From Bacteroidota bacterium (GTDB taxonomy: Bacteria; Bacteroidota; Bacteroidia; 2-12-FULL-35-15), in assembly GCA_029237775.1 (NCBI GenBank), contig JAQZBR010000006.1, forward strand, positions 194,159 through 258,158: a stretch of DNA of 64,000 nt, written 5' to 3'. Each line of letters starts with the position of its first letter. The first letter of the stretch is position 1. The position numbers and the translations under genes were made by a program. Under the pieces are notes generated by a model that searched no databases, had not been told where the DNA came from, and saw only the letters and a program-made list of their open reading frames with translations. Positions 19,329-29,700 of the stretch are shown one piece after another.

Positions 19329-21353
19329 ATGGATACCATCATAACTCAGGAGTCGCAATATTCCAGAAGCCTAATCGAAGCCAGCCTCGATCCTTTAGTA
19401 ACGATCAACACCACCGGTAAGATCACTGATATGAATCAGGCGCTTGCTGATATTACGGGTATCTCGAGAGAGGAATTGACCGGTACGGATTTCTTTGATT
19501 ATTTTACCGAACCACAGAAGGCCAGGGAAGTTTATCAGGAAGTTTTTGCAAAAGGCTCTGTGGCTGATTCACCTTTAACGCTTCGCCACAACGAAGGTAA
19601 GCTTACTGATGTGTCTTTTAACGGTTCTGTATATAAGGACGCATTGGGTAATGTGCTGGGTGTTGTGATTGTTGCCCGGGATGTAACTGAGCAAAAGAGA
19701 ATTGCCAAAGAACTTACTGAGGCGAAGGTGTTTGCAGAACTTGCTGCAGTAATCGCGGAAGAAGCAAAGAGTAAAGCAGAAAGTGCAACGCTTATAGCAG
19801 AGGCTGCTGTTAAATCCAAGCAACAGTTTTTATCGAATATGAGTCATGAGATTCGTACTCCTATGAACGCTATCATTGGATTTACAAAAGTACTCCTGAA
19901 AACGGAACAGAACAGCAAACAGCTTGAATATCTTAATGCAATTAAGACTTCAGGGGACGCGTTGATTGTTCTTATCAATGATATTCTTGATCTTGCAAAA
20001 GTAGATGCCGGTAAAATGACTTTTGCTCATATCCCTTTTAAGCTTTCATCATCCATATCGGCAATGCTTCATTTGTTCGAAACACGGATCCACGAAAAGA
20101 ACCTGGAACTAATTAAAGAATACGATTCTGCAATACCGGATGTACTCGTTGGAGATCCTGTCAGACTCCACCAGATAATATTAAATCTTGTTGGTAACGC
20201 TGTTAAGTTTACTTCTGAAGGAAAGATCAATGTAAGTGTAAAAATGACAGAGGACGATGCTGAATCTGCAACCATTCAATTTGCAATTACTGATACAGGA
20301 ATTGGGATCTCGGAAAATAAGCTTGGTAATATCTTTGATGATTTCCAGCAAGCTACAAGCGGTACATCAAGATTATATGGCGGAACGGGACTTGGACTCG
20401 CAATTGTTAAGCAATTGGTTGAAGCGCAAGGTGGAACAATTAAAGTGAATAGTACTGTTGGCCAAGGATCTACATTTGCGTTCAGTCTACGATTTGTCAA
20501 GACCAAGGCGAAGGCAGAAATTGAAAATGAACCCGGTGTAGAGCTTGAATCAGGTTTAAAGAATGCTAAAATATTAGTGGTTGAGGATATTGTTCTCAAT
20601 CAGCTTTTGATGAAAACCTTATTGGAAGATTTTGGATTTGAGATGGACATTGCATCTAATGGAAAGATAGCTATCGAGAAATTGAAGGAGAATCACTATG
20701 ACATTATTTTGATGGATCTGCAAATGCCTGAGATGAATGGATTTGAAGCTACAGAGTATATCAGGAGCCAGATGAAATCCAAGATACCCATTATTGCACT
20801 TACAGCAGATGTTACAACCGTTGATGTTGAAAAATGTAATGCTGTGGGAATGAACGACTATATTTCCAAACCCATAGACGATAAACTTCTCTATACTAAA
20901 ATACTTAAATACCTTAAGGGCACTGATTACAAAAAAGAAATGAGCCACGTTGTTTCATTCATAGAAGAGGATAATGATGAAAAGTGCACAGATCTTAGTT
21001 ATCTCATGAAGAGGACGAAATCAAACCCTGTGCTGATGATGGAGATGATCTCTTTATATCTTGAGCAAACGCCCCACCTTGTAAATTCAATGAAACACAG
21101 TTTGAAGGCAAAAGACTGGAAGAAGCTACATTCATCTGTGCATAAAATGATTCCCTCATTTTCAATTATGGGCATGACCGTAGATTCCGAGAATATGGCC
21201 AAGAAAGTTCAATCTTACGCAGCGGCACAGGAGCTAACGGATGAGATCCCGGACCTTGTTTACCAAATTGAGAATGTTTGCAGCAAAGCATGTAAAGAAC
21301 TAAATATAGAATTAAACCTGATGAAAAGCCAATTAGATGAAAACAGAAACTAA
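19329..21353 (+). CDS. Cytoplasmic PAS-domain hybrid histidine kinase (PAS-HisKA-HATPase-REC-Hpt)
   Basis: SLIEASLDPLVTI PAS; FLSNMSHEIRTPMN H-box; NLVGNAVKFT; DTGIG; GGTGLGL; REC ILVVED...MDLQMP...KP; Hpt VHKMIPS; no TM segment. Confidence 0.92.
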   Translation: MDTIITQESQYSRSLIEASLDPLVTINTTGKITDMNQALADITGISREELTGTDFFDYFTEPQKAREVYQEVFAKGSVADSPLTLRHNEGKLTDVSFNGSVYKDALGNVLGVVIVARDVTEQKRIAKELTEAKVFAELAAVIAEEAKSKAESATLIAEAAVKSKQQFLSNMSHEIRTPMNAIIGFTKVLLKTEQNSKQLEYLNAIKTSGDALIVLINDILDLAKVDAGKMTFAHIPFKLSSSISAMLHLFETRIHEKNLELIKEYDSAIPDVLVGDPVRLHQIILNLVGNAVKFTSEGKINVSVKMTEDDAESATIQFAITDTGIGISENKLGNIFDDFQQATSGTSRLYGGTGLGLAIVKQLVEAQGGTIKVNSTVGQGSTFAFSLRFVKTKAKAEIENEPGVELESGLKNAKILVVEDIVLNQLLMKTLLEDFGFEMDIASNGKIAIEKLKENHYDIILMDLQMPEMNGFEATEYIRSQMKSKIPIIALTADVTTVDVEKCNAVGMNDYISKPIDDKLLYTKILKYLKGTDYKKEMSHVVSFIEEDNDEKCTDLSYLMKRTKSNPVLMMEMISLYLEQTPHLVNSMKHSLKAKDWKKLHSSVHKMIPSFSIMGMTVDSENMAKKVQSYAAAQELTDEIPDLVYQIENVCSKACKELNIELNLMKSQLDENRN

Positions 21354-21771
21354 AGTTAAGATCTTCCTTGTGGACGATGATGCAGTATTATTAAAATCCC
21401 TTGAGATCGACTTTCTTCAACATGACGATTATGAGATTAAAACTTTTGCCACTGGCGAGCTGTGTATGGAGAATATTTCAAGTAAGCCTGATCTGATTAT
21501 TCTTGATTATCACCTGAACGGAATCAACTTCGATGCTATGAATGGGATCAATACCTTGGACAAAATTAAAGAGTATGACCATAATATTCCTGTTGTTATG
21601 CTTTCGTCCCAGGATGACATTAACGTTGCGGTGAACTGTATGCATCATAAAGCATTTGACTACGTTGTAAAAAGTGAAACAGCCTTTCTCAGGTTGCAAA
21701 AAATAATTGCTGACATTCTTCAGATGAAGGATATGAAAAAACAATTAAACTGGTATATGGAAAGAGCGTAA
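21337..21771 (+). CDS. Single-domain response regulator (receiver only)
   Basis: IFLVDDD, LIILDYHL, VMLSS, AFDYVVK; overlaps the kinase stop codon. Confidence 0.9.
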   Translation: MKTETKVKIFLVDDDAVLLKSLEIDFLQHDDYEIKTFATGELCMENISSKPDLIILDYHLNGINFDAMNGINTLDKIKEYDHNIPVVMLSSQDDINVAVNCMHHKAFDYVVKSETAFLRLQKIIADILQMKDMKKQLNWYMERA

Positions 21772-21793
21772 CGATGATTTCTCTTTTTCTATT

Positions 21794-21819
21794 AGCATTG
21801 CGATAGCAATGCTTTTTTT
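21794..21819 (+). terminator. Rho-independent terminator
   Basis: AGCATTGC-gata-GCAATGCT followed by a T-run. Confidence 0.75.
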
Positions 21820-21849
21820 ATGCCCGTTTTTCCTTGATTCATGTTTTGG

Positions 21850-21916
21850 GGTGTGAATAATGCAAATCATCATTAGAGTTGTGTAACCGTTTCCGGTCCC
21901 TTTACAATCATCTTTG
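21850..21916 (+). promoter_or_regulatory. Island promoter motif copy 2
   Basis: GGTGTGAATAATGCAA-atcatcatta-GAGTTGTGTAAC; -7 box CATCTTTG at 21909-21916. Confidence 0.8.
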
Positions 21917-21943
21917 TATCAAATTAAACTAATTATCGATAAC

Positions 21944-23914
21944 ATGAAATCAAGACTAATACTTTTAATATTGCTACTGAATATTTCCTCTTTTGCGGGG
22001 AAGAACCGAGACAACTCAAAATTTGAACGTGCGAACGAGACCTACAAGGCCGGGAATTTTTTTGAGGCTCTTCCTTTATATCTTGAGCTCTATAAAGCTG
22101 ATACCACTAATGCTAATATCAGTTATCTCGTTGGTGACTGTTATTTAAAAGGGCGGAACGGTAAGGCAAGTGCACTTCCATTTCTTATAAAAGCCACATC
22201 CTCGGTATCTCCAACATATAAATCCGGGAATGTTGAAGAAAGGAATGCTCCTGTGTTATCCTATAAGTTATTAGGAGATGCATACCACATCCATTCAAAC
22301 TTTGATAAAGCAATTGCTTCGTATGAAATGTACAAAGCTCAGCTAACCTTGAATCACGGAAAGGATAAATTGAATGTTATGGATGCAGATAGGAAGATCG
22401 CGATGTGTAAATCGGGGAAGAAATTGATGTCAACCCCTGTTCGGGTTAAAATTGAGAATCTTGGTAAAACAACCAATTCGGCCTTTGGCGATTACTCCCC
22501 TGTAATTACTGCTGATCAATCTGAAATGATATTTACTTCACGAAGGAAAGAAAGCACCGGTGGAAACACCTATGATGGCGGAAGGTATTATGAAGATATT
22601 TATATCAGCACCTATAAAGATGGTAACTGGACAACCGCTGAAAATATTGGAGCCCCCATCAATACTAATGAGAACGAAGCAACTGTAGGATTATCTCCTG
22701 ATGGCCAAGAAATATTGATCTATAAGGATGACAATGGTGACGGAAATATTTATTCTACAACCCTTGATGGTGATGTATGGTCAGTCCCCGTTAAAATGAA
22801 TTCAAATATTAATAGCAAGCATTGGGAACCCAGCGCTTTTATTTCTGCTGACGGGTTTTCAATATATTTTACAAGTGATCGTCCGGGCGGTTTTGGCGGA
22901 CGTGATCTTTACAAGAGCGAGCTTACCGAAAAAGGTGATTGGGGTAAGTCTGTTAATATGGGTGCCGAGATCAATACGCCATATGATGAGGATGCGCCTT
23001 TTATACATCCGGATGGGGTAACTCTGTTCTTCAGTTCTAACGGACATAATACAATGGGTGGATTTGATGTTTTCTACACTGCTTTGTCAGAGGACGGCAA
23101 GAAATGGTTAGCACCCGTGAATGTTGGATACCCTGTTAACTCACCGGATGATGACATTTTTTATGTAGTGTCGGCTGATAAGAAAAAAGCATATTACTCA
23201 TCATTCAAAGAAGGTGGTTTTGGCGAGAAAGACAATTACGTGATTACATTTCTCGATGAACAAAAAGCTCCCCTGGTTTTATTAAAAGGCTTTGTGAAAG
23301 ATTCAGACGGAAATGTACCTAAAGGTGTTTTGATTACAGTTACAAACAATGAAACAGGGAAAGTTGTCGGGACTTACAACCCAAATAAAAAAACAGGACA
23401 ATATTTATTTATTCTCCCTGCAGGAAAAAATTACAATATAGCTTATGAGGCTGACGGATATTTGTTTTATTCCGAAAACCGCGAGGTTCCTAAGAACACT
23501 AATTATTATGCAGTATATAAAGACATTCAGCTTCCTCCTGTTACTGTTGGGTCGCGGATTGTTCTGAACAATATCTTTTTTGATTTTGATAAAGCAACGC
23601 TCCGCACGACTTCTAACGTTGAGTTAAAGAACATCATGAAGTTCCTGAATAAATATCCTAAGGTTGTTGTTGAGATAGCCGGATTTACTGATTCTAAAGG
23701 TTCTGCAGAGTATAATTTAAAACTCTCAGAAGAAAGAGCAAAAGCTGTTGTTGCTTATCTGGCAGCTAAAGGAATAGACAATAAAAGAATGATCCCAAAG
23801 GGTTACGGTGAAGCATCTCCTGATGCAAAAAATAATAATGTTGATGGAACTGACAATCCTGAAGGTCGTCAGTTGAACAGAAGAGTTGAGCTGAAGATAG
23901 TGGATATTAAATAG
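21944..23914 (+). CDS. PorE-like TPR-PD40-OmpA peptidoglycan-binding protein
   Basis: N-terminal TPR, PD40 repeats (FTSDRPGGFGGRDLY), OmpA domain NIFFDFDKA...GFTDSKG..YNLKLSEERA...GYGE...NRRVE. Start at ATG 21944 (MKSRLILL signal peptide). Confidence 0.88.
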   Translation: MKSRLILLILLLNISSFAGKNRDNSKFERANETYKAGNFFEALPLYLELYKADTTNANISYLVGDCYLKGRNGKASALPFLIKATSSVSPTYKSGNVEERNAPVLSYKLLGDAYHIHSNFDKAIASYEMYKAQLTLNHGKDKLNVMDADRKIAMCKSGKKLMSTPVRVKIENLGKTTNSAFGDYSPVITADQSEMIFTSRRKESTGGNTYDGGRYYEDIYISTYKDGNWTTAENIGAPINTNENEATVGLSPDGQEILIYKDDNGDGNIYSTTLDGDVWSVPVKMNSNINSKHWEPSAFISADGFSIYFTSDRPGGFGGRDLYKSELTEKGDWGKSVNMGAEINTPYDEDAPFIHPDGVTLFFSSNGHNTMGGFDVFYTALSEDGKKWLAPVNVGYPVNSPDDDIFYVVSADKKKAYYSSFKEGGFGEKDNYVITFLDEQKAPLVLLKGFVKDSDGNVPKGVLITVTNNETGKVVGTYNPNKKTGQYLFILPAGKNYNIAYEADGYLFYSENREVPKNTNYYAVYKDIQLPPVTVGSRIVLNNIFFDFDKATLRTTSNVELKNIMKFLNKYPKVVVEIAGFTDSKGSAEYNLKLSEERAKAVVAYLAAKGIDNKRMIPKGYGEASPDAKNNNVDGTDNPEGRQLNRRVELKIVDIK

Positions 23915-23979
23915 TATGAATAATGTAAATGATTAATAGAGTTATGTAATAGAAAAGGCTGTGATAAGATACACCTTTG
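23913..23979 (+). promoter_or_regulatory. Island promoter motif copy 3
   Basis: AGTATGAATAATGTAA-atgattaata-GAGTTATGTAAT; -7 box CACCTTTG at 23972-23979; overlaps the upstream stop codon. Confidence 0.75.
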
Positions 23980-24036
23980 TAACGTGAAATTTCACAACTG
24001 ACCGCCAGAAGCGGAAATAACAATAAGGATAAAATT

Positions 24037-24795
24037 ATGAAAACTAAAATATTAACAGTAATGACCATTCTTTCTATAGCGTTCGTTTCAGGATGTAAGA
24101 AAGATAAGGATACAGCACCAACGCCTTCGCCTTCACCGTCAACAAACACACAGCATATCCCTTTACAGACAACTTCACAGCCAACAGTTGCTATGGGAGC
24201 TGCAGCAACATTGGCAATTCTTGCAGGCTCAGCGATAAGCAATACAGGTGCAACACACATTACAGGAGATATGGGATTAAGCCCCGGTACATCTATAGGA
24301 GGCTTTCCTCCGGGAATACTTGTTGGGACACAGCATATCAATGATGCAATTGCAACTCAGGCAAAATTGGATCTGACTGCAGCTTATAATGATGCTGCAG
24401 GCAGAACTGCAACTGACATTGTAACCATCGCTGGAAATATTGGCGGATTGACGCTGACTCCTGGTCTTTATAAATCAACGTCTTCACTTGCTGTTTCATC
24501 AGGCGATGTGACCTTTGATGCAAAAGGTAACCCCAATGCAGTATTTATCATCCAGATTGCATCAACGCTTACAACCACTCCGGGTAGAAAAGTTATCTTA
24601 AGTGGCGGTGCTTTGGCTTCAAATATTTTCTGGCAAGTGGGAACATCTGCGACATTCGGGACAACCTCAGTATTTAAAGGTACGGTAATGGCGATGCAGT
24701 CAATTACCTTTAATACAGGTGCTACAATTGACGGAAGGGCTTTGGCAAGAAGCGGAGCGATTGTTATGGCAGGCAATACTATTGTTAAGCAGTAA
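24037..24795 (+). CDS. DUF3494 ice-binding family lipoprotein (single domain)
   Basis: Lipobox VSG-C then KKDKD; AILAGSAISNTG.T.ITGDMGLSPG, A..DL..AYNDAAGR, GLTLTPGLY, DAKGNPNAVFIIQI, NIFWQVG.SAT.GT.SVFKGTVMA...GRALA. Confidence 0.92.
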   Translation: MKTKILTVMTILSIAFVSGCKKDKDTAPTPSPSPSTNTQHIPLQTTSQPTVAMGAAATLAILAGSAISNTGATHITGDMGLSPGTSIGGFPPGILVGTQHINDAIATQAKLDLTAAYNDAAGRTATDIVTIAGNIGGLTLTPGLYKSTSSLAVSSGDVTFDAKGNPNAVFIIQIASTLTTTPGRKVILSGGALASNIFWQVGTSATFGTTSVFKGTVMAMQSITFNTGATIDGRALARSGAIVMAGNTIVKQ

Positions 24796-24814
24796 CACTG
24801 CAATCATTAACGGG

Positions 24815-24849
24815 AACGGGCAATGCTGTCGGCATTGTCCGTTTTTTTT
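24815..24849 (+). terminator. Rho-independent terminator
   Basis: AACGGGCAATGC-tgtcg-GCATTGTCCGTT followed by a T-run. Confidence 0.75.
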
Positions 24850-24860
24850 CTTTCAACCAA

Positions 24861-24927
24861 TGTGTGAATCATGTAAGTTCTTTATGTAGTTGTGTAACAC
24901 ATTCGTCCATCTGTTGAAGCACCTTTG
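24861..24927 (+). promoter_or_regulatory. Island promoter motif copy 4
   Basis: TGTGTGAATCATGTAA-gttctttatg-TAGTTGTGTAAC; -7 box CACCTTTG at 24920-24927. Confidence 0.82.
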
Positions 24928-24963
24928 TATCGTGAAAATTAATTCACACCAAAAAATCTAAAA

Positions 24964-26571
24964 ATGAAATATAAATTACTTACAAAATTATCTGCTGCAA
25001 TGCTGCTTACAGTACCGGCTGTTAGCTTTGGTCAATCAATAAATCTGGGAACTGCAGCTAACTTCGCTTTGTTTTCTACGAATGGAGCAGTTGGAAATTC
25101 CGGGATTACACATGTTACTGGAAACGTTGGAACTAACAGCGGCTCAAGTACCGGATTCGGTAACGTAAATGGCCAGATGCACGATCAGGATCTTGTTAGC
25201 GCACAAGCTGCAGCAGACCTTTTGATCGCATACAATCAATTGAACAGTGCAACACCTACCTTTTTCCTTGCACCTTTGTTAGGAAACGGTGATACTTTAA
25301 CTCCGGGAGTTTACTCAGTATCCGGAGCAACTGTATTAAATTTAAATTTGTTTTTGAACGCGCAGGGTAATCCTAATGCTGTCTTTGTTTTTCAGATACA
25401 GGGTTCATTGTCTGCTAATGCCAATACCAAGATCAAACTGATCAACAATGCCAAAGCATGTAATGTGTACTGGAAGGTTGAAGGTCTTGTAAGTATAGCT
25501 GCTGCAACTACTATGAAAGGTACCATTATTGCAAATAATGCTGCTATTGAGATGAACACGAATGATTCACTTGAAGGAAGAGCCCTTTCTACAGCTGGAG
25601 CTGTTACCGTTGATGGAGTTCTTGTTTACACCCCAATTGGTTGTGGTAGCCCGACTTTAACCGGTCCTGCGGCTCCTGATCTTGCTTCTGTAGAATGTTA
25701 CGCAATATTCTCTTCTGACGGTGCAGTTACGAATTCAGGTGTTTCTTATGCAACAGGTGATATCGGAACAAATGTGGGATTAACGACAGGATTCAATTCA
25801 TTGAATGTATCAGGTAATGTTCACCCGATCCCTGATGGTTCTACTGCAGCTGCTGCATCCGATCTGTTAAATGTTTATACTTATCTGAATACATTACCTA
25901 CGGACATTGAGCTTTTATACCCTGCTCAGTTTGGTGCTGACCTTGTTCTTACTCCACATACATATCTTTTGAATGCTGCAACAGTATTTACTGATACATT
26001 ATATCTGGATGCTCAGGGAAACACAAATGCAATGTTCGTGATTAAGATCAACGGTGCACTTTCAACAAGTACATATGCAAATGTTAAGCTGATCAATGGT
26101 GCACAAGCAAATAACGTTTACTGGAAGGTTGACGGAGCTATTGAAATAAATGATTACTCCAAAATGGCTGGTACGTTCATCGCAAACAATGGTGCTGTTA
26201 ATGTTACTACAGGTGTAAATGTAAGAGGCCGTGTTTTATCTACTACAGGAACTGTTACAACAGAAGCAATTACTGCCAATGTTCAGACGATCTGTACACC
26301 AACAGGAATCAATGTTGTTGAAAAAACGGAACAGGTTATCAATGTATATCCAAATCCTTTCACAACATCTTTAACGATTAAGTTGGATGATAAATTCAAT
26401 ACATGTGAATTGCAGATCTTTAATGTGCTTGGAGCTGTTGTGTTTTCGAAAACACTTACAACCCAGAGCACAACTGTTTCAACAAACGATTTACCTGCAG
26501 GAGTCTATTTCTACAAGGTGATCACAAAATCTAACGTTATTCAATCAGGTAAGATTATCTCTCAGAATTAA
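24964..26571 (+). CDS. Ice-binding family protein, tandem DUF3494 domains plus T9SS type A CTD
   Basis: Two copies of AAADL..AY...L.PG.Y...L.AQGNPNAVFVFQI...NVYWKV.G...GRALST; C-terminal VYPNPF...LPAGVYFY...KII. Confidence 0.9.
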   Translation: MKYKLLTKLSAAMLLTVPAVSFGQSINLGTAANFALFSTNGAVGNSGITHVTGNVGTNSGSSTGFGNVNGQMHDQDLVSAQAAADLLIAYNQLNSATPTFFLAPLLGNGDTLTPGVYSVSGATVLNLNLFLNAQGNPNAVFVFQIQGSLSANANTKIKLINNAKACNVYWKVEGLVSIAAATTMKGTIIANNAAIEMNTNDSLEGRALSTAGAVTVDGVLVYTPIGCGSPTLTGPAAPDLASVECYAIFSSDGAVTNSGVSYATGDIGTNVGLTTGFNSLNVSGNVHPIPDGSTAAAASDLLNVYTYLNTLPTDIELLYPAQFGADLVLTPHTYLLNAATVFTDTLYLDAQGNTNAMFVIKINGALSTSTYANVKLINGAQANNVYWKVDGAIEINDYSKMAGTFIANNGAVNVTTGVNVRGRVLSTTGTVTTEAITANVQTICTPTGINVVEKTEQVINVYPNPFTTSLTIKLDDKFNTCELQIFNVLGAVVFSKTLTTQSTTVSTNDLPAGVYFYKVITKSNVIQSGKIISQN

Positions 26572-26599
26572 TCTTTAAGTAAGTTTAGTTCGAGTGTCG

Positions 26600-26636
26600 G
26601 AACGTCCGCTGTGAAAACAGCGGGCGTTCTGTTTTT
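26600..26636 (+). terminator. Rho-independent terminator
   Basis: GAACGTCCGCTGT-gaaa-ACAGCGGGCGTTC followed by TGTTTTT. Confidence 0.8.
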
Positions 26637-26641
26637 ATAGA

Positions 26642-26707
26642 TGTGTGAATAATGCAAGTTATATGCTTAGTTCTGTAACATATCCGGAACTAAATAAAGG
26701 ACATTTG
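26642..26707 (+). promoter_or_regulatory. Island promoter motif copy 5
   Basis: TGTGTGAATAATGCAA-gttatatgct-TAGTTCTGTAAC; -7 box GACATTTG at 26700-26707. Confidence 0.82.
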
Positions 26708-26724
26708 TTGCTCAAATATTAATA

Positions 26725-29700
26725 ATGATAAATCAATTTAAAATGAAACGTAAAGCTCTCTTATTACTCACGGCCGCTATACTGCTCCTTCCGAAAATAA
26801 ACTTGGCTCAGGCTCCTGTTCTTGGAACAGCCGCTGATTTTGTGCTGTTTACTTCTGTTGGTGCATTAAGTAACACCGGCATATCGCAACTTACAGGAAA
26901 TGTAGGTTCCAACAGCGGTTCCAGTACCGGATTCGGAAACGTGAATGGTGTAATGCATAATAATAACGGTACTACTGCTGCTGCTGCTGCCGATCTTAAT
27001 CTGGGCTATAATCAGCTTAACAGTGCTATACCTACATTTTTTCCAGCCCCTTTGCTTGGTAACGGACAAACATTGAATGCAGGAGTTTATTCCATTTCAG
27101 GAGCATCAACGCTTAATCTTGATCTAACACTTGATGGACAGGGAAATCCTAATGCGATTTTCATTTTCCAGATTCAAGGACCTTTCTCTGCAAATGCCAA
27201 TGCAAAAGTAAAGTTGATAAATGACGCACAGGCCTGTAATGTGTTCTGGAAAGTAGAAGGACTTGTTAGTCTTGCTTCTGCCGTAACCATGAGAGGAACC
27301 ATTGTAGCAAACAATGCTGCAATTAATATGAGTACGAATGACACTCTTGAAGGCAGAGCCCTTTCAACTGCCGGGGCTATCACGATTGACGGAACTCTTG
27401 CTTATAAACCTATCGGTTGTGGAAGCGCTGTTTTAACAGGTCCATTAGCACCAACGCTGGGAGCTACAGCCTGTTACACTTTATTCACATCGATAGGTCC
27501 TGTTACTAATGCCGGTGTAACCAATGTTACCGGTGATATCGGAAGTGATAACGGAACAACTACGGGTTTTAATCCTTTGCTGGTGGTTGGTATGATTCAT
27601 GGAACTCCAGATGGTTCAACGGCTTTAGCTGCTTCTGACCTTATCAGCGTATATAATTATCTTAACGGGCTCCCTTACGATATTGAATTATTGTATCCCG
27701 CCCAATTCGGTAACAATCTGGTACTGACTCCACATACTTACCGGATGAATTCAGCTGCAACATTTACTGATACTTTGTATCTGAACGGAGAAGGAAATCC
27801 TAATGCTGTTTTTGTTATTCAAATCAACGGTGCACTTGCTACCAGTACCTATTCAAAAGTTAAACTGATCAATGGTACACAGGCGAAGAATGTTTTCTGG
27901 AAAGTAGAAGGTGCTGTAAGTATTAATGATTACTCTGTTTTCAGAGGAACCATCGTAGCTAATAATGGAGCTATAAGTATGACCACAGGGGTGTATCTTG
28001 ATGGAAGAGCATTAACAACAACAGGTGCAGTAAATACTGCAGCTATCACTGCTATTATGCCTCCGGGCTGCGGTGCTACTGCGACTTCTCCTGTTATTTC
28101 CCTTCAACCGAATGATCAGCTCGTATGTGCAGGTGATTCTGCCGGGTTTTCTGTAACAGCTGTCGGAACAGGCCTTTCATATCAATGGAGAAGAGGAACT
28201 GTTAATCTTGTGAACGGAGGAAATATTTCCGGAGCAACTTCTGCGGTGTTATCAATTAATCCGGTGTCGGCTGCCGATACAGCCTATAATTATAATGTAA
28301 TTGTGAGCGGAATGAGCTCACCTAATGATACTTCGGATAATGTTTCTCTTGGCATCACAAATGCTATTGCAATAACCTCGGAGCCTATGGGACAGACACT
28401 ATGCCCCGGAGACTCTGCATTTTTTACTGTTATGGCTCCTGGTTCAGGATTAACATATCAGTGGAGAAAAGGAAATGTTGACCTTATTAACGGAGGTAAT
28501 ATTTCGGGCGCAACTTCTGCCACTTTAACAATAGACCCTTCGTCAATAGCTGATACAGCTTTTAATTATAATGTAATTGTAACAGGGTCATGCGGAAGTG
28601 ATACATCAGTGTATGCTTTTTTAATGATCACCAATGGTGTAAGTATTACCTCTGAGCCAATGAATCAGATAAGCTGTCTTGGCAGCTCTGTAAGTTTTGC
28701 GACTGTTGCAAGCGGTTCAGGACTTACTTACCAGTGGAGAAAAGGGACAGTTAACATGGTCAATGCCGGAAATATTTCCGGTGTGAATACAGCAATGTTA
28801 TCTGTTAATCCTGTTACCGGTTCTGATGCGGCACTTAATTATAATGTTATCATTAACGGTTCATGCGTAAGTGATACATCAGTTAATGTTTCGTTAACGG
28901 TTGACAGTATCCGTATCACTACAGAGCCTTCAAATGAGTTTGTATGTATTGGAACACCTGCAAGCTTTTCAGCTGTTGCTGCAGGTTCCGGAATGTCATA
29001 CCAATGGAGAAAAGGTGCGGTTAATATGGTTAACGGAGGTAACATCTCCGGTGTGAACACGTCAGTTTTAACTATTAACCCTTCAACTATCTCTGATATT
29101 GCAACTAATTATAATCTTATAGTCACAGGAACTTGTGGGAATGATACTTCATTGAATGTTTCATTGAACATCGACAGTACACGTATAGTATCTGTGTCGC
29201 CAAATCAGTCTGTCTGTCTTGGAAACTCAATCGCTTTCTCTGTAAATGCACTCGGTTCAGGGCTTACTTACCAATGGAGGAAGGGTGCGGTTAATCTGGT
29301 TAACGGAGGTAATATCTCAGGTGCTACCACTTCGGTGTTAACTATTAACCCTGCAACAATCCTTGATAATGCAACCAATTACAATGTTATTGTTAGCGGT
29401 TCTTGTGGTAATGATACATCAGCAAATGTTACTCTTAATGTAGTAACGGCTCCTACAGCAACTGCCGGAAGTAATTCTCCGGTATGTACAGGAAGTGCTA
29501 TCAACCTTACCGCTGTAACTGTTTCAGGTGCCAATTACTCATGGTCGGGGCCGGCAGGATATTCATCTTCAACACAAAATCCTGTTATTCTTTCTGCATC
29601 ATTTTCTGATGCCGGCAACTATTCACTTACAGTGTCACAAGGTGGCTGTACTTCATTTCCTTCTGTAGTAGCAGTTGTTGTTAATAATTGTAATTCTGAT

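Noticed and set aside
26970..26990. (GCT)n trinucleotide run as a phase-variable repeat
   Set aside because: It is short and in frame, encoding the TTAAAAA helix of the DUF3494 domain.
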